Positions 12,988 through 25,400 of a DNA stretch of 64,000 nucleotides are shown piece after piece. The stretch lies in NCBI GenBank assembly GCA_030704615.1, contig CM060732.1:4712001-4776000 (forward strand), in the 5' to 3' direction. This DNA is from Takakia lepidozioides (taxonomy: Eukaryota; Plantae; Bryophyta). The notes beneath the pieces are model-generated. The model did not search any database, was not told the DNA's origin, and worked only from the letters and a program-made list of their open reading frames with translations. The translations under genes and the position numbers were made by a program. The number at the start of each line of letters is the position of its first letter. Positions within the stretch are counted from its first letter, which is position 1.

Positions 12988-13362
12988 TCTATAACAATCG
13001 GAGCAACACTAAACGAGGTTTTCTAAAAAAACGTAACTCTAAACCCTTCCCCCGTTAAGTAGGTTTGAGTAGGTGTCAAAATACTTCCTAAAAGCTAATT
13101 TTGTAGAATAAAATGATCCTAGAAGCCAAAGGAGGGCCTATGGGAGCATTCTACAACGACCTCAAGGAAATCGCGGCAAAAAATACCCTTTACCCAGCCA
13201 ATGGCCTCCTTCTCCACGTGACTACGTGTCGTAGAATAATGAAATGTCACGCACACAGAAGTTGTGTGGAGAGAAAAAAAGGGAGAATAAGCCTCCCTTA
13301 GCTTATATCCCCCCCCCCCCCCGCCCTCAATACTTGGGCCACGTGCACGGTGAATCTTCTAG

Positions 13363-15372
13363 AAGCGACCGCCAACTTGGCGGTCGCTCGATTTTCCGGA
13401 AAATAAAAAAATAAGCGACCGCCAACATGGGCGGGCGCTTCATTTAAAAAAAATTGAAATAAATAAGTGACCGCCAACATAGGCGGTCGCTTCATTTTTT
13501 TTTAAATTAAAAATAAGCGACCGCCAGCATTGGCGGTCGCTTCATTTTCAAAATATATAGAATAAATAAGCGACCGCCAACATAGGCGGTCGCCTCATTT
13601 TAAGAAATTTAAAATAAATAAGCGACCGCCAGCATAGGCGGTCGTTTCATTTTCAAACATTTAAAATATATAAGCGACCGCCAACGTAGGCGGTCGCTTC
13701 ATTTTCAAAAACTTTAAAAAAAATAAGCGACCGCCAGCATAGGCGGTCGCTTCTTTTTGAAAAAAATTAAAATAAATAAGCGACCGCCAGCATAGGCGGT
13801 CGCTTCATTTTCAAAACACTTAAAATAAATAAGCGACCGCCAACATAGGCGATCGCTTCATTTTCAAACTTTAAAATAAATAAGCGACCGCCAGCATAGG
13901 CGGTCGCTCCATTTTCAAAAACATTAAAAAAATAAGCGACCGCCAACATAGGCGGTCGCTTCATTAAAAAAAAATTAAAATAAATAAGCGACCGCCAGCA
14001 TAGGCGGTCGCTTCATTTTGAAACATTTAAAATAAATAAGCGACGGCCAGCATAGGCGGTCGGTTCATTTTCAAAACATTTAAAATAAATAAGCGACCGC
14101 CAGGATAGGCGGTCGCTTCATTTTCAAAACATTTAAAATAAATAAGCGACCGCTAACATCGTCGGTCGCTTCATTTTCAAAAACTTTAAAAAAAATAAGC
14201 GACCGCCAACATAGGCGGTCGTTTCATTTAATTTTTTTATTAAAAAAAAAAAAAAACGACCGCCAGCATAGGCGGTCGCTTCATTTTCAAAACATTTAAA
14301 ATAAACAGTTGTCCAGATGGTATGGGCTTTTTCAAGTCAATTCACATCTTACCCCCTATAAAAAGACTATAAAGTAAAGTAAAGTTTGTTGGATGCTCTT
14401 TATTCTACTTAAAGAAAGACCACGCAGCAGTTTCAAAAATCACAAAGTCCATGTTGTGCTTCATTTTCAAAAACTTTAAAAAAAATAAGCGACCGCCAAC
14501 ATAGGCGGTCGTTTCATTTTCAAGACATTTAAAATAAATAAGCGACCGCCAGCATAGGCGGTCGCTTCATTTTCAAAACATTTTAAATAAATAAGCGACC
14601 GCCAGCATAGGCAGTCGCTTCATTTTCAAAAACTTAAAAAAAATAAAGCGACCGCCAACATAGGCGGTCGCTTCATTTAAACAAAATAAAAAAAATAAAA
14701 AACGACCGCCAGCATAGGCGGTCGCTTCATTTTCAAAACATTTAAAATAAATAAGCGACCGCCAGCATAGGCGGTCGCTTCATTTTCAAAATATTTTAAA
14801 TAGATAAGCGACCGCCAGTATAGGCGGTCGGTTCATTTTCAAAACATTTTAAATAAATAAGCGACCGCCAACATAGGCGGTCGCTTCATTTTCAAAAACT
14901 TTAAAAAAAATAAGCGACCGGCAACATAGGCGATTGCTTCATTTCCAAAATAATTAAAATAAAAGCGACCGCCAGTAATGGCGGTCGCCCCTTTTCCAAA
15001 AATAAAAAAATAAAAGCGACCGCCAGAAATGGCGGTCGTTGCATTTTGTAAAACAAAAATTCCCAGTAATGGAAGTGAGGGGAGAATGACTGGGGGCTTA
15101 TATGCCCCCCCCCTCCGCCTCATTCCTTGCTCCACGCGCAGGGCAGACCTCGTAGAAGCGACCGCCACCATGGCGGTCGTTGCATTTAAAAACAAAAAAA
15201 ACCGACCGCCACAAATGGCGGTCGCTTCATTTCGCCAAAAAAAAGAAAAAAAACTTCAAGCGAAGTGAGGGGAGAATGTCCCGGAGCTTATATGCCGCCC
15301 TCCCCCCCGCCTCACTCCTCGCTCCATGTGTAGGTCACACTTCGTAGAAGCGACCGCCACCTTGGCGGTCGC
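13363..15372. repeat. Second GCGACCGCC-N6-GGCGGTCGC array (~52-bp units, opposite orientation to array 1), with a ~150-bp unrelated insert at ~14307-14458
   Basis: Repeated AAATAAGCGACCGCCAGCATAGGCGGTCGCTTCATTTT. Confidence 0.95.
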
Positions 15373-15647
15373 TCCATTTAAATAAAAACGAATGCATAGT
15401 TGGAAGCATGGCACAATTGTTCTCCATTCCACAAGCAAATCACCAAACACAAACATAAGCAAGTGACGGTACCTTTGGCCGACATTTTGACTGGTATACA
15501 CATGGGCAACATCTTTTTATTTTCCAACACATACACAACAACAATACAAATACTCATAGTGATAATGATCACATTGGTATTACTTCAGTACAGAAATATA
15601 AACATGTCCACTAAAAAGTGCTGATGCATGCCTACAGCTGTTTTGCT

Positions 15648-18642
15648 TCAATTTCTTCTACTGCTTCGACGGCGGGACGAAGAAGATCCTAATCCTAATG
15701 CTAATGCTCCGATGGGTTGAAAATCCGGGTCACCCTCGACTTCACCACCGTTGCCATGATCAGTGCTGGAATCGTCCTCCATATCCGACCTCATATGTCC
15801 AGGCCTTTGAATTTGCAAACGACCTCGAACCACATTTAGTTCTCTCTGAGGTCGATTCCCGCTCCGGTCTTGAATACCATCCACGTTATCTGGCCTGTTT
15901 GTGGGCCGATCGCCTACAAAAGGTTGGATTGTTCTCTGTCGTTTATGGACTTGGGACGCAATCGAAGGTGGTCTCGAAGGAGGCACCGGAGGGGGGACTG
16001 CTCGAGATGGACCGTCATTAGATGGTCCGGCATGCGAGGAACCACGGGTCTGCTGCGCAACACGTCGGTTAAGGTGAAATTGTAGTGGCAGGTTGTCATT
16101 ATCCGAGGCTTCAACTTCCGCCCGGTCCAATGCAGCAGAATGATGCATGCGTGTGGAAAACAGATCAACCCTGTTGCTCCTTAATGCCCGTTGTGTTGAT
16201 GGGGAGCTAGATCGGTTTTGGCATTGTGGTGGAGCTGGTCGTATCGGTGAGGCATGATCCCGTCTCGTCGACTGTACAATGGGTTCGACACCATCATTTG
16301 TATGAACAAGGTTGCGTACGTCGATCGGTCCTGGCAGTACATCACCCCTAAGCTCCATTGGGGCACTACCGGTGGCTTCAGCGTGTAGTGGGGAGCGAGG
16401 GTCGACCCCAATTCATTTTGAGGACCATGTTCTGGGGATGACACAATTGCAGCTTCATCTTCTTTGCGATACGCACTTCTTCAAGAAGGTCATCAAAGGT
16501 CGGCTGGATATAAGCATCATTCTCTGTGAATGTAAACGGGTCATACACATTTTCGGGAGCATCATCGGATCCATCTTCACTATCGGAGGCAGATGATTCC
16601 CTCTGAAATGATTCTCTCTGAGGCTCAGTATTGTCACTCATCGAATCAGCCTCAGAAGCAGAGTCTTCGGAATGCAAGTTCCTATCATACCATGCTGCAG
16701 CATCATCCGCTGCCCTCTCACGTAGCAATCGGCAATTGGTATACACATACACCAATTTGTCAGCCCTCGCGGGTTTCAACTTGTTGCGAATCTTGTTGTG
16801 AACAAATGAGTAACTGCTCCAATTGCGTTCGCAAGATGAGGCAGAGCACACTTGAGCAAGAATACGCTTCGCAATGAGAGCCAATGTTCTTGCTCCAGCT
16901 CCAATCAGATCCCACCATTCATGTGGGCAGCATATTGAGCTCTTTTGGATCTGATATGTCCTCAAAAGGGTCGCGGCGATCTGAGAAGCATTGGTACTCG
17001 GATATAGCTCTCTCTACATGGTTCGGCGGAGCCAGTCGCATGAGCACTCGCACGAGGCCGTGCCTTGGCATCAGCGTCGTCTCGGAGCATGGTATTGTCG
17101 AGCAAGAATGGATTGAGCAAAGCCCCCGCATAATGCAAGTCCGTCCGAACCATCGAACGACGGTCGTAAAATGCATCATCGGCACTCTCCGCAAGTTCAG
17201 GTTCCAAGGAGAAGGGAGGATGCCTCAAGGATTGGACGTGCTTCTCAAGATTTTGCATTAGTAACCATGTCTTGCCCATTACTGGTTGCTTTCCATCAAA
17301 CTCCCGCAAGACGATTAACACCGGCTCAACCATATAAACAAAGTTTTCACATTTCTTCTAGAAATCATCGCTACGAATGTTATTTCGAATTTTTCAACTT
17401 TTGCCCAATGACTTGGCTTTTCTGGAGTCCCACAATGTCCGTGTATACGCATCCCATTGATGATGGTGTGCTCCAGACTGCTCTTCACCGTCACCAACCG
17501 ATCCACCATCAAGAAGTTAATGGCAAAACGAGTTTCGCCTGGATTGCGGAGGCTGTTTTTTGGTTCGTGCCTCCTATATATTGCCAAAGGGATGTGGTGT
17601 GTGCGGATGAACGACACAACAGTCTTCGCTCGCTTGACAAGTTGTTTCACCCACTGTTCTTTTCCCCAATCTTCCAAAAGGAGGTCAAGGATATGAGCAG
17701 CACAACCTTGATAGTACATATGGGGATAACGTGCCAACAACATGCTGCAGTGTTTCTCATGTTAACGGCATTGTCTGTGCATATTTGCACGATTCTATTA
17801 CTTCCGACCTGTTCGATGAAGTCCGTCAATAGTTGGCATTGATAACGTCCATATTTCTTCTCGCCGCTAGTGTCGACCGATCCCAAGAATTGTTCCCCAG
17901 TTGGACATACGAGCATGACATTGAACAACGATCTGTTTGTGACAGAACTCCAACCATCGGCACATACAGTGCTTCCATATTTTCTGATGCACTCGTCCGT
18001 CCTATCGTTGACCTTTTGGGTAAGTTCGGTCATGGCGTCTTCTAGCAATCCTGTGCGGAGATTGTGATAAATCGGAGGCACGTACGTGGATCTGGACTCC
18101 GAGGTTGCTCTAATAGCAGAAACAAATGCCGAAAGCCTTGCCACATTAAATGGTATGTTGGCCTCGAAGAAAAACTGCGCCCATTTTTTATCCAACTGTC
18201 TTTTCGCAGACAAGTTAAGACTTTCTTGCATGGATTGCTGTCGTAATCCTCTACTCCGTTGAAGTGTAGGGTTACAAAGAGGTGTTGAAGCAGGTGTTGC
18301 TCCGGCACAATCCACTTGTCCAAGGACACCCCAAGCCTCACAAGAGTCGCCCTGGGTACTAATCGGGGCATCTTGACGGGAAGATGGAGTGTTCTGCTCA
18401 GAAGTCATGTCTAGATCCAAAGTCATTGGAATATTGCCTCCACATTGGGCAAAGTGGCTTTTTACCCGCATAGATGCTTTGGGGCATAAACCCACCCCAG
18501 CGCTCTTCACGCCTTTATAGCCGAGGTGAGCGATCAACCGATCCTTACGATAAGAAAGCTTTAATCCACATAGGTTGCACTCAACACTACCAGTGTTCAG
18601 GATTGCCGTATACCAAGGGCTCCATTCCTCCCTCATCTTCAC
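15648..18642 (-). pseudogene. hAT transposase (BED-like zinc finger, DUF659-type catalytic region, hATC dimerisation domain), frameshifted
   Basis: CNLC..RLIAHL..C; FFEANIPFN; CADGWS; VQICTDNA; CAAHILDL; TRFA; CSASSCERNWS..HNKIRNKL..KLVYV; low-complexity C-terminal extension 15648-16358. Confidence 0.92.
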
Positions 18643-19068
18643 CCAATATCCACTCCCCTGGGACCTAGCGATGCAAGCAACAAAAAACAGTCACCTATAA
18701 ATGAACGTGTTGTGAATGTAGAGTGCAATGCGATAGCCCAACACTTCTACACCTGTCAGCAACCCAAGTGGGTCGATGTGGGTTGTAGTGTTGAGCTTAT
18801 ATACAATCTGCTGAAGTGGCTTGGTGGAAGCCACAACAGCAAAAGGTGTGCACCCTCCTCTTGGGCTACACTCTCGTTCAATAGAAGAGAACATCCAAAG
18901 CAACCTCAAGTGTTTGCGCCAAAAGAAGTGAGGAGCTTGGTGACCCTCCTCCCTTATATATGATCCAAGAGGGATGAAAGTGAAATGAAAGTGAAATGAA
19001 TAAATTACAAACCAATAGCGCCCACCCCAAAAAGGCTGTACAACCATATTTGTTGTAATTTTGAAATT

Positions 19069-19980
19069 AAGCGACCATTAATATTGCGGTCCGTATTTTT
19101 ATGTTTTATGAAAAACAAGCGACCGCCACTACTGCGGTCGCTTTTATTTCCTTTCATTTTGTACAATATTGCGGCCACTTCTATTTTGTATATTTTTAAA
19201 TTTAAGCGACAGCCACGATAGCGATCGTAATTTCTTTTTTTAATTCAAAAAATAAAGCGACCGCCAGTGCGACCGCCAATCTTGCTTTTATTAAAAACAA
19301 ATTTGAAGCGACCACCAATACGACCGCCAATCTTGTTTTTTTAAGATAATAAATTGAAGCGACCGCCAGCATAGTGGTCGTTATTTGTTTTTCTAATTCG
19401 AAAAATAGGGCGACCGCCAATCTTGCTTTAAAAATATATATATTTGAAGCGACTGCCAATATGGCGGTCGCTATTTCTTTTTTTATTTCAAAAAATAAGG
19501 CGACCGCCACTGCGACCGCCAATCTTGCTTTAAAAAAAATAAAAATTGAACCGACCGTCAATACGGCGGTCGCTATTTCTTTTTTAATTTCGAAAAACAA
19601 AGCGACCGCCATAATTGGCGGTCGTGTTCATTTTGTGAATTTTCAAAAATGTATTTGCCACCGTGCGACCGCCAATGCAGCAGTCGCTTGTTTTCTTTTT
19701 TAAATTAGGCGACCGCCAATACGACTGCCAATATTGTTTTTCTAAAATAATAAATTGAAGCGACCGCCAACATAGCGGTCGCTATTTGTTTTTTTAATTC
19801 GAAAAATAAGGCGACTACCAGTGCGACCGCAAAAATCTTTCTTTGGAAAAAAAAACATTTGAAGCGACCGCCAATATGGCGGTCGCTATTTCTTTTTCTA
19901 TTTCAAAAAATAAGGCGACCGCCAATACGGCGGTCGCTGTTTCTTTTTTAATTTCGAAAAACAAAGCGAATTGGCGGTCG
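19069..19980. repeat. Third, more degenerate GCGACCGCC palindrome array (subterminal, upstream of the transposase)
   Basis: Many GCGACCGCC(A) and GGCGGTCGC half-sites in AT-rich linkers. Confidence 0.9.
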
Positions 19981-20154
19981 TGTTCATTTTGTTAATTTTC
20001 AAAATGTATTTGCCACTACCATCGTGTCGGCGACGTGGCTGCTTAAGTGACAGTATTTTATCTGGTACTATTTTTACCAGAATATTCCCCGAACCTGACG
20101 TGACGGAGGTCCCGTCAGTGTCAGGTCTGACGTGACGTGACGCTAATAACCAGG

Positions 20155-22431
20155 CCTCGGGCAACATCACGGGATCACGAGGGAGCGTACGAATATTCTT
20201 GTCAGCTCGCCATGAATCCTCTTCTCCACCAGGTGCCTCATCAAGTCTTCGTCTCACTGGACGGGTGTTAACATCTCCTTCCAAGTGTTGGCCTCTTCGA
20301 AGCAATGGCGTGTCTCGAAGGCCTCTCGCAAGGCTGCCGCCCACTTCCGAGGATTCTTTGATCTGGAGGTAGTCCGCATCATCATTTCTTGCCTGTCCGG
20401 CCTCAAGCCCCACTGTTTCCCTTTCAAGAACTCGTTGTACTTGCATTGCTGCATAATTGACCTCACAATGTCCTTCGTTGTGGCAGTGAGGATGTCCACC
20501 AGATGCGCCGCAGAGGAGGCACGCTAGGAAGAATGTACTGATTCGGCTATGTTTGTTGTCGGCATGTTGGTGTCGGAGACCAGACACATTTCCTGCACAT
20601 GCACATACTGAGGTTACAAGTAAGTTACAAATAATGACTAGCATAATATTCAACAGGATGCGAATTTGTCCAACTCACCTCCCGCATATAGTCGCCGAAC
20701 TGGAGGAAATGATAATGCCACCATGCTAGCCAACTGACCATTGCTCCTTCGTCTGATTTCTTTACAGCACCTGACGTTGTCCACCAAGCTCGTATACATG
20801 CAAACTGTGTCTCTGCATCATCCAAGGTGGGAGCACACTTCCACGCAAAGACACATGGAACGGTGCTCCTCTCTGAAATCTGGCGCCACGAGCATGGTTG
20901 TGTACTGCGACAAGCTCTGCAGAAAATGGAACCCACAAGATCTCTCCTCGCCTTCCATCGGAACATTGGGGTCTTCCCCGTTCACCCTTCGGATGGCAGC
21001 CCAATTTGCTTGTGCGTTGTCCGCCATGAAACCACGGAAATTGGGCGGGGGCAATCCCGCCCCGGCCATCTGTTCGTTTATTCCCTGCCAAAGAAGCATC
21101 TCCGACTGTGTGTCCTCCCCTTTCATCTCACAAATAGCAATTGTCATTAGCATCCTGCAATGGGTGTCGTAGACATGTGTACCCATTGTCTCCTACTGGT
21201 GATTTGTAATTCGCTTGATATGGTCGAACATGACCCAACTGTTTGACAAGTCCCCACTCGTCATCCGGTGGACCAGTTCCATGCCGCCGCCAGGCCCACA
21301 CGTGGACATTTTGAATATGAAACAACGATCTGCATCAGTCCCTTGTCCTGGAAACCTACTTCCATGAATGTAGTCATATCCACATCGTCGCTTCACCTCC
21401 AGAATGAAGTGCATATCCGAGCCTCGCCCAATTCTCTGTTTGTAGGAGACAATGTGGTTTCGGACATTTGGTGAACAGACGTGGGACACTGACTCCAACA
21501 ATGCCTCCATTTCCTTCTCATCGAGAGGAACTCTGTCGGAACCATCTTCCGACATAATTCTGGCCAATGCCATCTTATGGGCGGCCTGCAGCTGTATCTG
21601 TTTGGGTTTGGCACCAGGTCTCAACTTAACCTCCTCCTGAATGAGCTGCTCTGCCTCGTGGGCAACCTCCCGCAAGTTCCCCCTCGCCAATTTGTGACAA
21701 TGCACACCAACGTGTATGCAAGCTCGTGTGAGGTCAGGGAAATGGTGCAACACATAGAACTGCTTGGCATTACAAACAGACATGCAATGTGGTGGTTCTG
21801 AAGAGCGCCGGCCAGCATTCATTGTCCGCAGCCGTTGGTTTTGAACAGGACGTTCGACACAGATTCCGCGCTGCCTTCTCGGATATGCATGGAATCCTTG
21901 ACGTGACGGGTGGATGAAGTTCCACTCGAGGCCACGCACGCATTCTGCGGGAAATTCTTCTGTTACTCGGACTTATGCCGCGCGGAGTAGGTCGTGGCTC
22001 TTCTGAGAGATACCCCACTTCCAGACCGCGGCGCAAACTCAAACCTTTGTACTACGGGATGCGTCCAACGTCTCGCAAGGCCAAGCTGAAGCTCCAGCAG
22101 GAGATCCCTTTGTCTTGCTCACAGCCCGCGCCAACTGAAGCCGAGCCCTCTCAGGCGAGCCACTGCTTCCGCCTCTCTCTGTAGCATGTGTGGTCGTCTG
22201 ATTGGCTTTGTTTTGTTTGTTTTGGCATCCTTGTGCATGTGCTTCTTCATGTGTTTTTAAGCCTTTACTTGGTTTTGCTTTCATGGTTGTTCCATGCCAC
22301 TCCCTACTTTGCCTCTCACGACTGTGGCTCGTTTGTTGGCGATTGTGGTGCTCTTGTTGGGGATGACAGAGTGAAGACGAGCTCAACACGGTGGTGGTAT
22401 CGTCGACAGCTCCAACTCCTCGTGCACTCAC
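20155..22431 (-). pseudogene. MULE-like DDE transposase copy A, 5' part
   Basis: TRACIHVGVHCH; WVMFDH; GFMADNAQ; CGFH (CxxH); intron 20593-20678; TTNIAESVH (catalytic E); homologous to 57023-60589. Confidence 0.85.
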
Positions 22432-22459
22432 TCCAAAAGCGGCTACTCATCGAGCGTAG

Positions 22460-25400
22460 TTGGACAGTCATCGGCAGCAGTCTGCGGACCACGTGCTTCG
22501 CATATTCGGGGAGCCAAAGCGGGGGCGGGAGGGCTCACAGGAAGTTGCTCATTTTGTTGGTGGACGGGAGGCCCTAGAACGGGAGTACGCCCGAATAGGC
22601 ATTTGGGAGGTTAGTGCAGCCGGCATGGTAGGTGCAGGGCGTCGCATGAGGACAACAGATCCACCAATCCAGGAAGCTGATGCACATGCAGGAGGGCCCG
22701 CCCACGCAAAGAGGAAGAAGAAACCCAAGCACATGCAATCCCCGGCAAGAGAGCCATCACAGGCTGCCGAGGGGGGTCTGAACAGAACACCAACCAAGGC
22801 GTGTGAGAGTGTTAGTTTCCCACAATCAAAGATGGTCGTCCTGGAGGCCTCCCCTGCTGCTACGCCTAGTAAGAAACAGAATGTCGCGGCCCTTTGCCTT
22901 GAGGGCAGGGGGTCGGGACGCAGAGGGGCTGCCCCTGTGGTGGGGGCGGTGGCAGCAATAGGTACGGGGGGCTGAAGCACCCTTGAGTGCCCAAGGCACT
23001 CAAGGAGACGGAGGCGCTCACTAGGTGGAGCCCCGCACACTGGGTTGCGGTGGGGGTGGCTCCACAAGGGGTGAAGGTAGCTTAGTGGGACTTAGTGGGG
23101 GTGGCATAGGACTCACCATGGGGCGGAGACCTTGTGGTGGGAGTCGTGGGGAGTCTTGGGACTCACCACGGTCCAATGGGGCCGTGGTGGGTGGGCCAAG
23201 ACTCACCGCGACTCATCACCGGGAATCGAGGGTCTTCGTGGTGGTTCGCCATAAAATGGCATGGTTGTTTGTGAAACCCCTGCGGACAGACACAGAAGTA
23301 TATATAGGGAGTAGCCATGAGGCAAGAGAAAAGGCCACTGAAGAGGCCAAGGGTGTGGAAATGACAGATGCCCATGTAAGCGAGGGACGCACAGAAACGG
23401 TGGATCCCTCCAAGACAGCAGAAACAGGCAGTAACACACGGGCTGCATCCTTACCGGTTACACCATCGCGGGTGGAAGCAGCCCCCGCAATTACCCATAC
23501 GGTGGAGACTGGGGGAGGGGATAGAACACCACAAAGACCATGGAATGTGGGAGGTGGAGGTGAAGACGGGGAGAGGGCACGAGGTGCTTCCGCCGAGATT
23601 GACGAAGTTGAGGACGACGAGAGGGGCCTTTCTGACCAGGATGAAATCCTCCCGGAGATCCCCAGGCCCCAAACCCGGAGCATACAGGCTGGATTTGGTG
23701 GTTCTGGTGGACTGCCGGAGAACCCCCCTGCAGCAGACGTCATGTCGGAGACGGATATGAAGTTGGCCGCTACCAAGATTTTGGAGGCAACCCACAACAA
23801 CATTGGCAGGGTCCTAGGGGGCATGGTGTACCCGAAAAAGCTTCGGATTCCTCTCTGTCGCTTGGTATCATTGCAGGTGGTGAGACCTGCCCTCCCAGAC
23901 GATATCGACAATCTCAAATTCTCTTTCCGAGAGGGATATCGAATGGGGTCTGCCGCGTTTTATGTTTCCATTGAGAACGACCACGGAGCTTCTCATGCCC
24001 ACACTTCCGATGAGGTGGACAAATGGGGTCCCCATTGGCAAAGGCGAAATGAGGAGTTCGAGAGATTGATTGCTACTGATCCTCTTTTCCACCACTTGTC
24101 CGGAAAGATGTTTTACGTGTGGGACGACAATCATCGCCTCCTGGCATAGATGGAGCACATAGCCCAAGCCCACCCCAACGACCTAGATTGACATTACGCC
24201 ATGGAGTGTGTTGTGCTGAAGGTTGCGGGGCCCAAAGATCGCAGTCTTCTCAAAGCTGCAATGGCAGATATCAACTCGTAAGTTACAATGCCTCTTGCTT
24301 AGGAACTTTGAATTTTAAACACTCATTTCATTGCCAATCGTCATATTTGTTGCAAATTCTCATTTCAGTATTGTTTAATGGAAATGTGACATTGCAGGGT
24401 GACTGAGAATGCCTTCATTGCCACCAACTTGTCCCACATGCTCTTCCGAGTGAAGGATGTCGGGAAGCAGGGGGTGCAAGAGTTTGCCAATTCGCTCAGT
24501 GCCAATCTCCTACGCATTTGGAGGCAAAGGCAGACAGAACTTGGTATAGGTTGAGCATGGACGCCATGGTGGACTACATATTTTGGGTACAGCTCCCAAC
24601 TCTTTTGTTGACATAATTTGTCTTTGCTCCCCCAATAGAAGAAAAAGTGTGGACCAGGATTTCTAATCTTATGTGCGCATTGTTGACAGACAAAAATTCA
24701 GCAGGATTTGGCACATGCACGGAGGTTCTACATGGAGTCAGAGGAGAAGAAACTAACCCTCCCGGCACTGGAATCGTATCTCAAAGCTACGGAGGCAAAG
24801 GCCCGCATCAAGTACAAGTCACGGATGGTGAAGTACGTGGCCATAGCTGATCCCGCCCTTGGTGCCGACTTTCTGGTGGAGGTAGGGAAGCACTACTCCC
24901 GCGCTCTTAAGCCCACGATGACACTGGAGAAGCTGCATCGTCAAGCCACAGCTTGTGTGGATGCAACAGAGAAGGTTATACATTCTTAACCAAATTCTCT
25001 TATGGCAACAATTCATTTTCGTGGTTACTAATATGCATGGTGGTTGGATAGACCCGGTGGCTCCGAATCTGGAATGGGTACCAGAGTACAAGGGACATGT
25101 GGAGCTTCCCCAAACCCGACAAACTGTCTGACCCTACATTCGACATGTGGATGAACCGCATGACATGGTGGTTTCAAGTACTTTCCCACGCTTCATTTGG
25201 CGCTTCTACTCTTGTATCTGGTGGATTTATTGTATTTATTGAGGAATGCGGTCTGATGGAGAATCTCCACAGGTGACGACGAATGCGCAAGAGCAGCTTG
25301 ACACCCAAGCACATCAGTTCAAGCTGGAGATTTCTGGAGAAGCAGAAAGCCTACGCGACTATGTGGCGAGGTACTTTTTGCTCTACAAAACCGACCTGTT

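Larger units (their letters stand above)
4362..20154 (-). mobile_element. 15.8-kb cargo-carrying hAT DNA transposon
   Basis: 8-bp TSD CCTCGGGC at 4354-4361 and 20155-20162; TIR CCTAGTTATCA vs reverse complement CCTGGTTATTA (9/11); internal hAT transposase; flanks rejoin in frame. Confidence 0.9.

Noticed and set aside
13298-15268. Short ORFs such as MKRPPMLAVAY.. (similar cases at 25600-26500, 45400-47300, 62600-63500)
   Set aside because: Translations of tandem repeats or homopolymers with no coding signature
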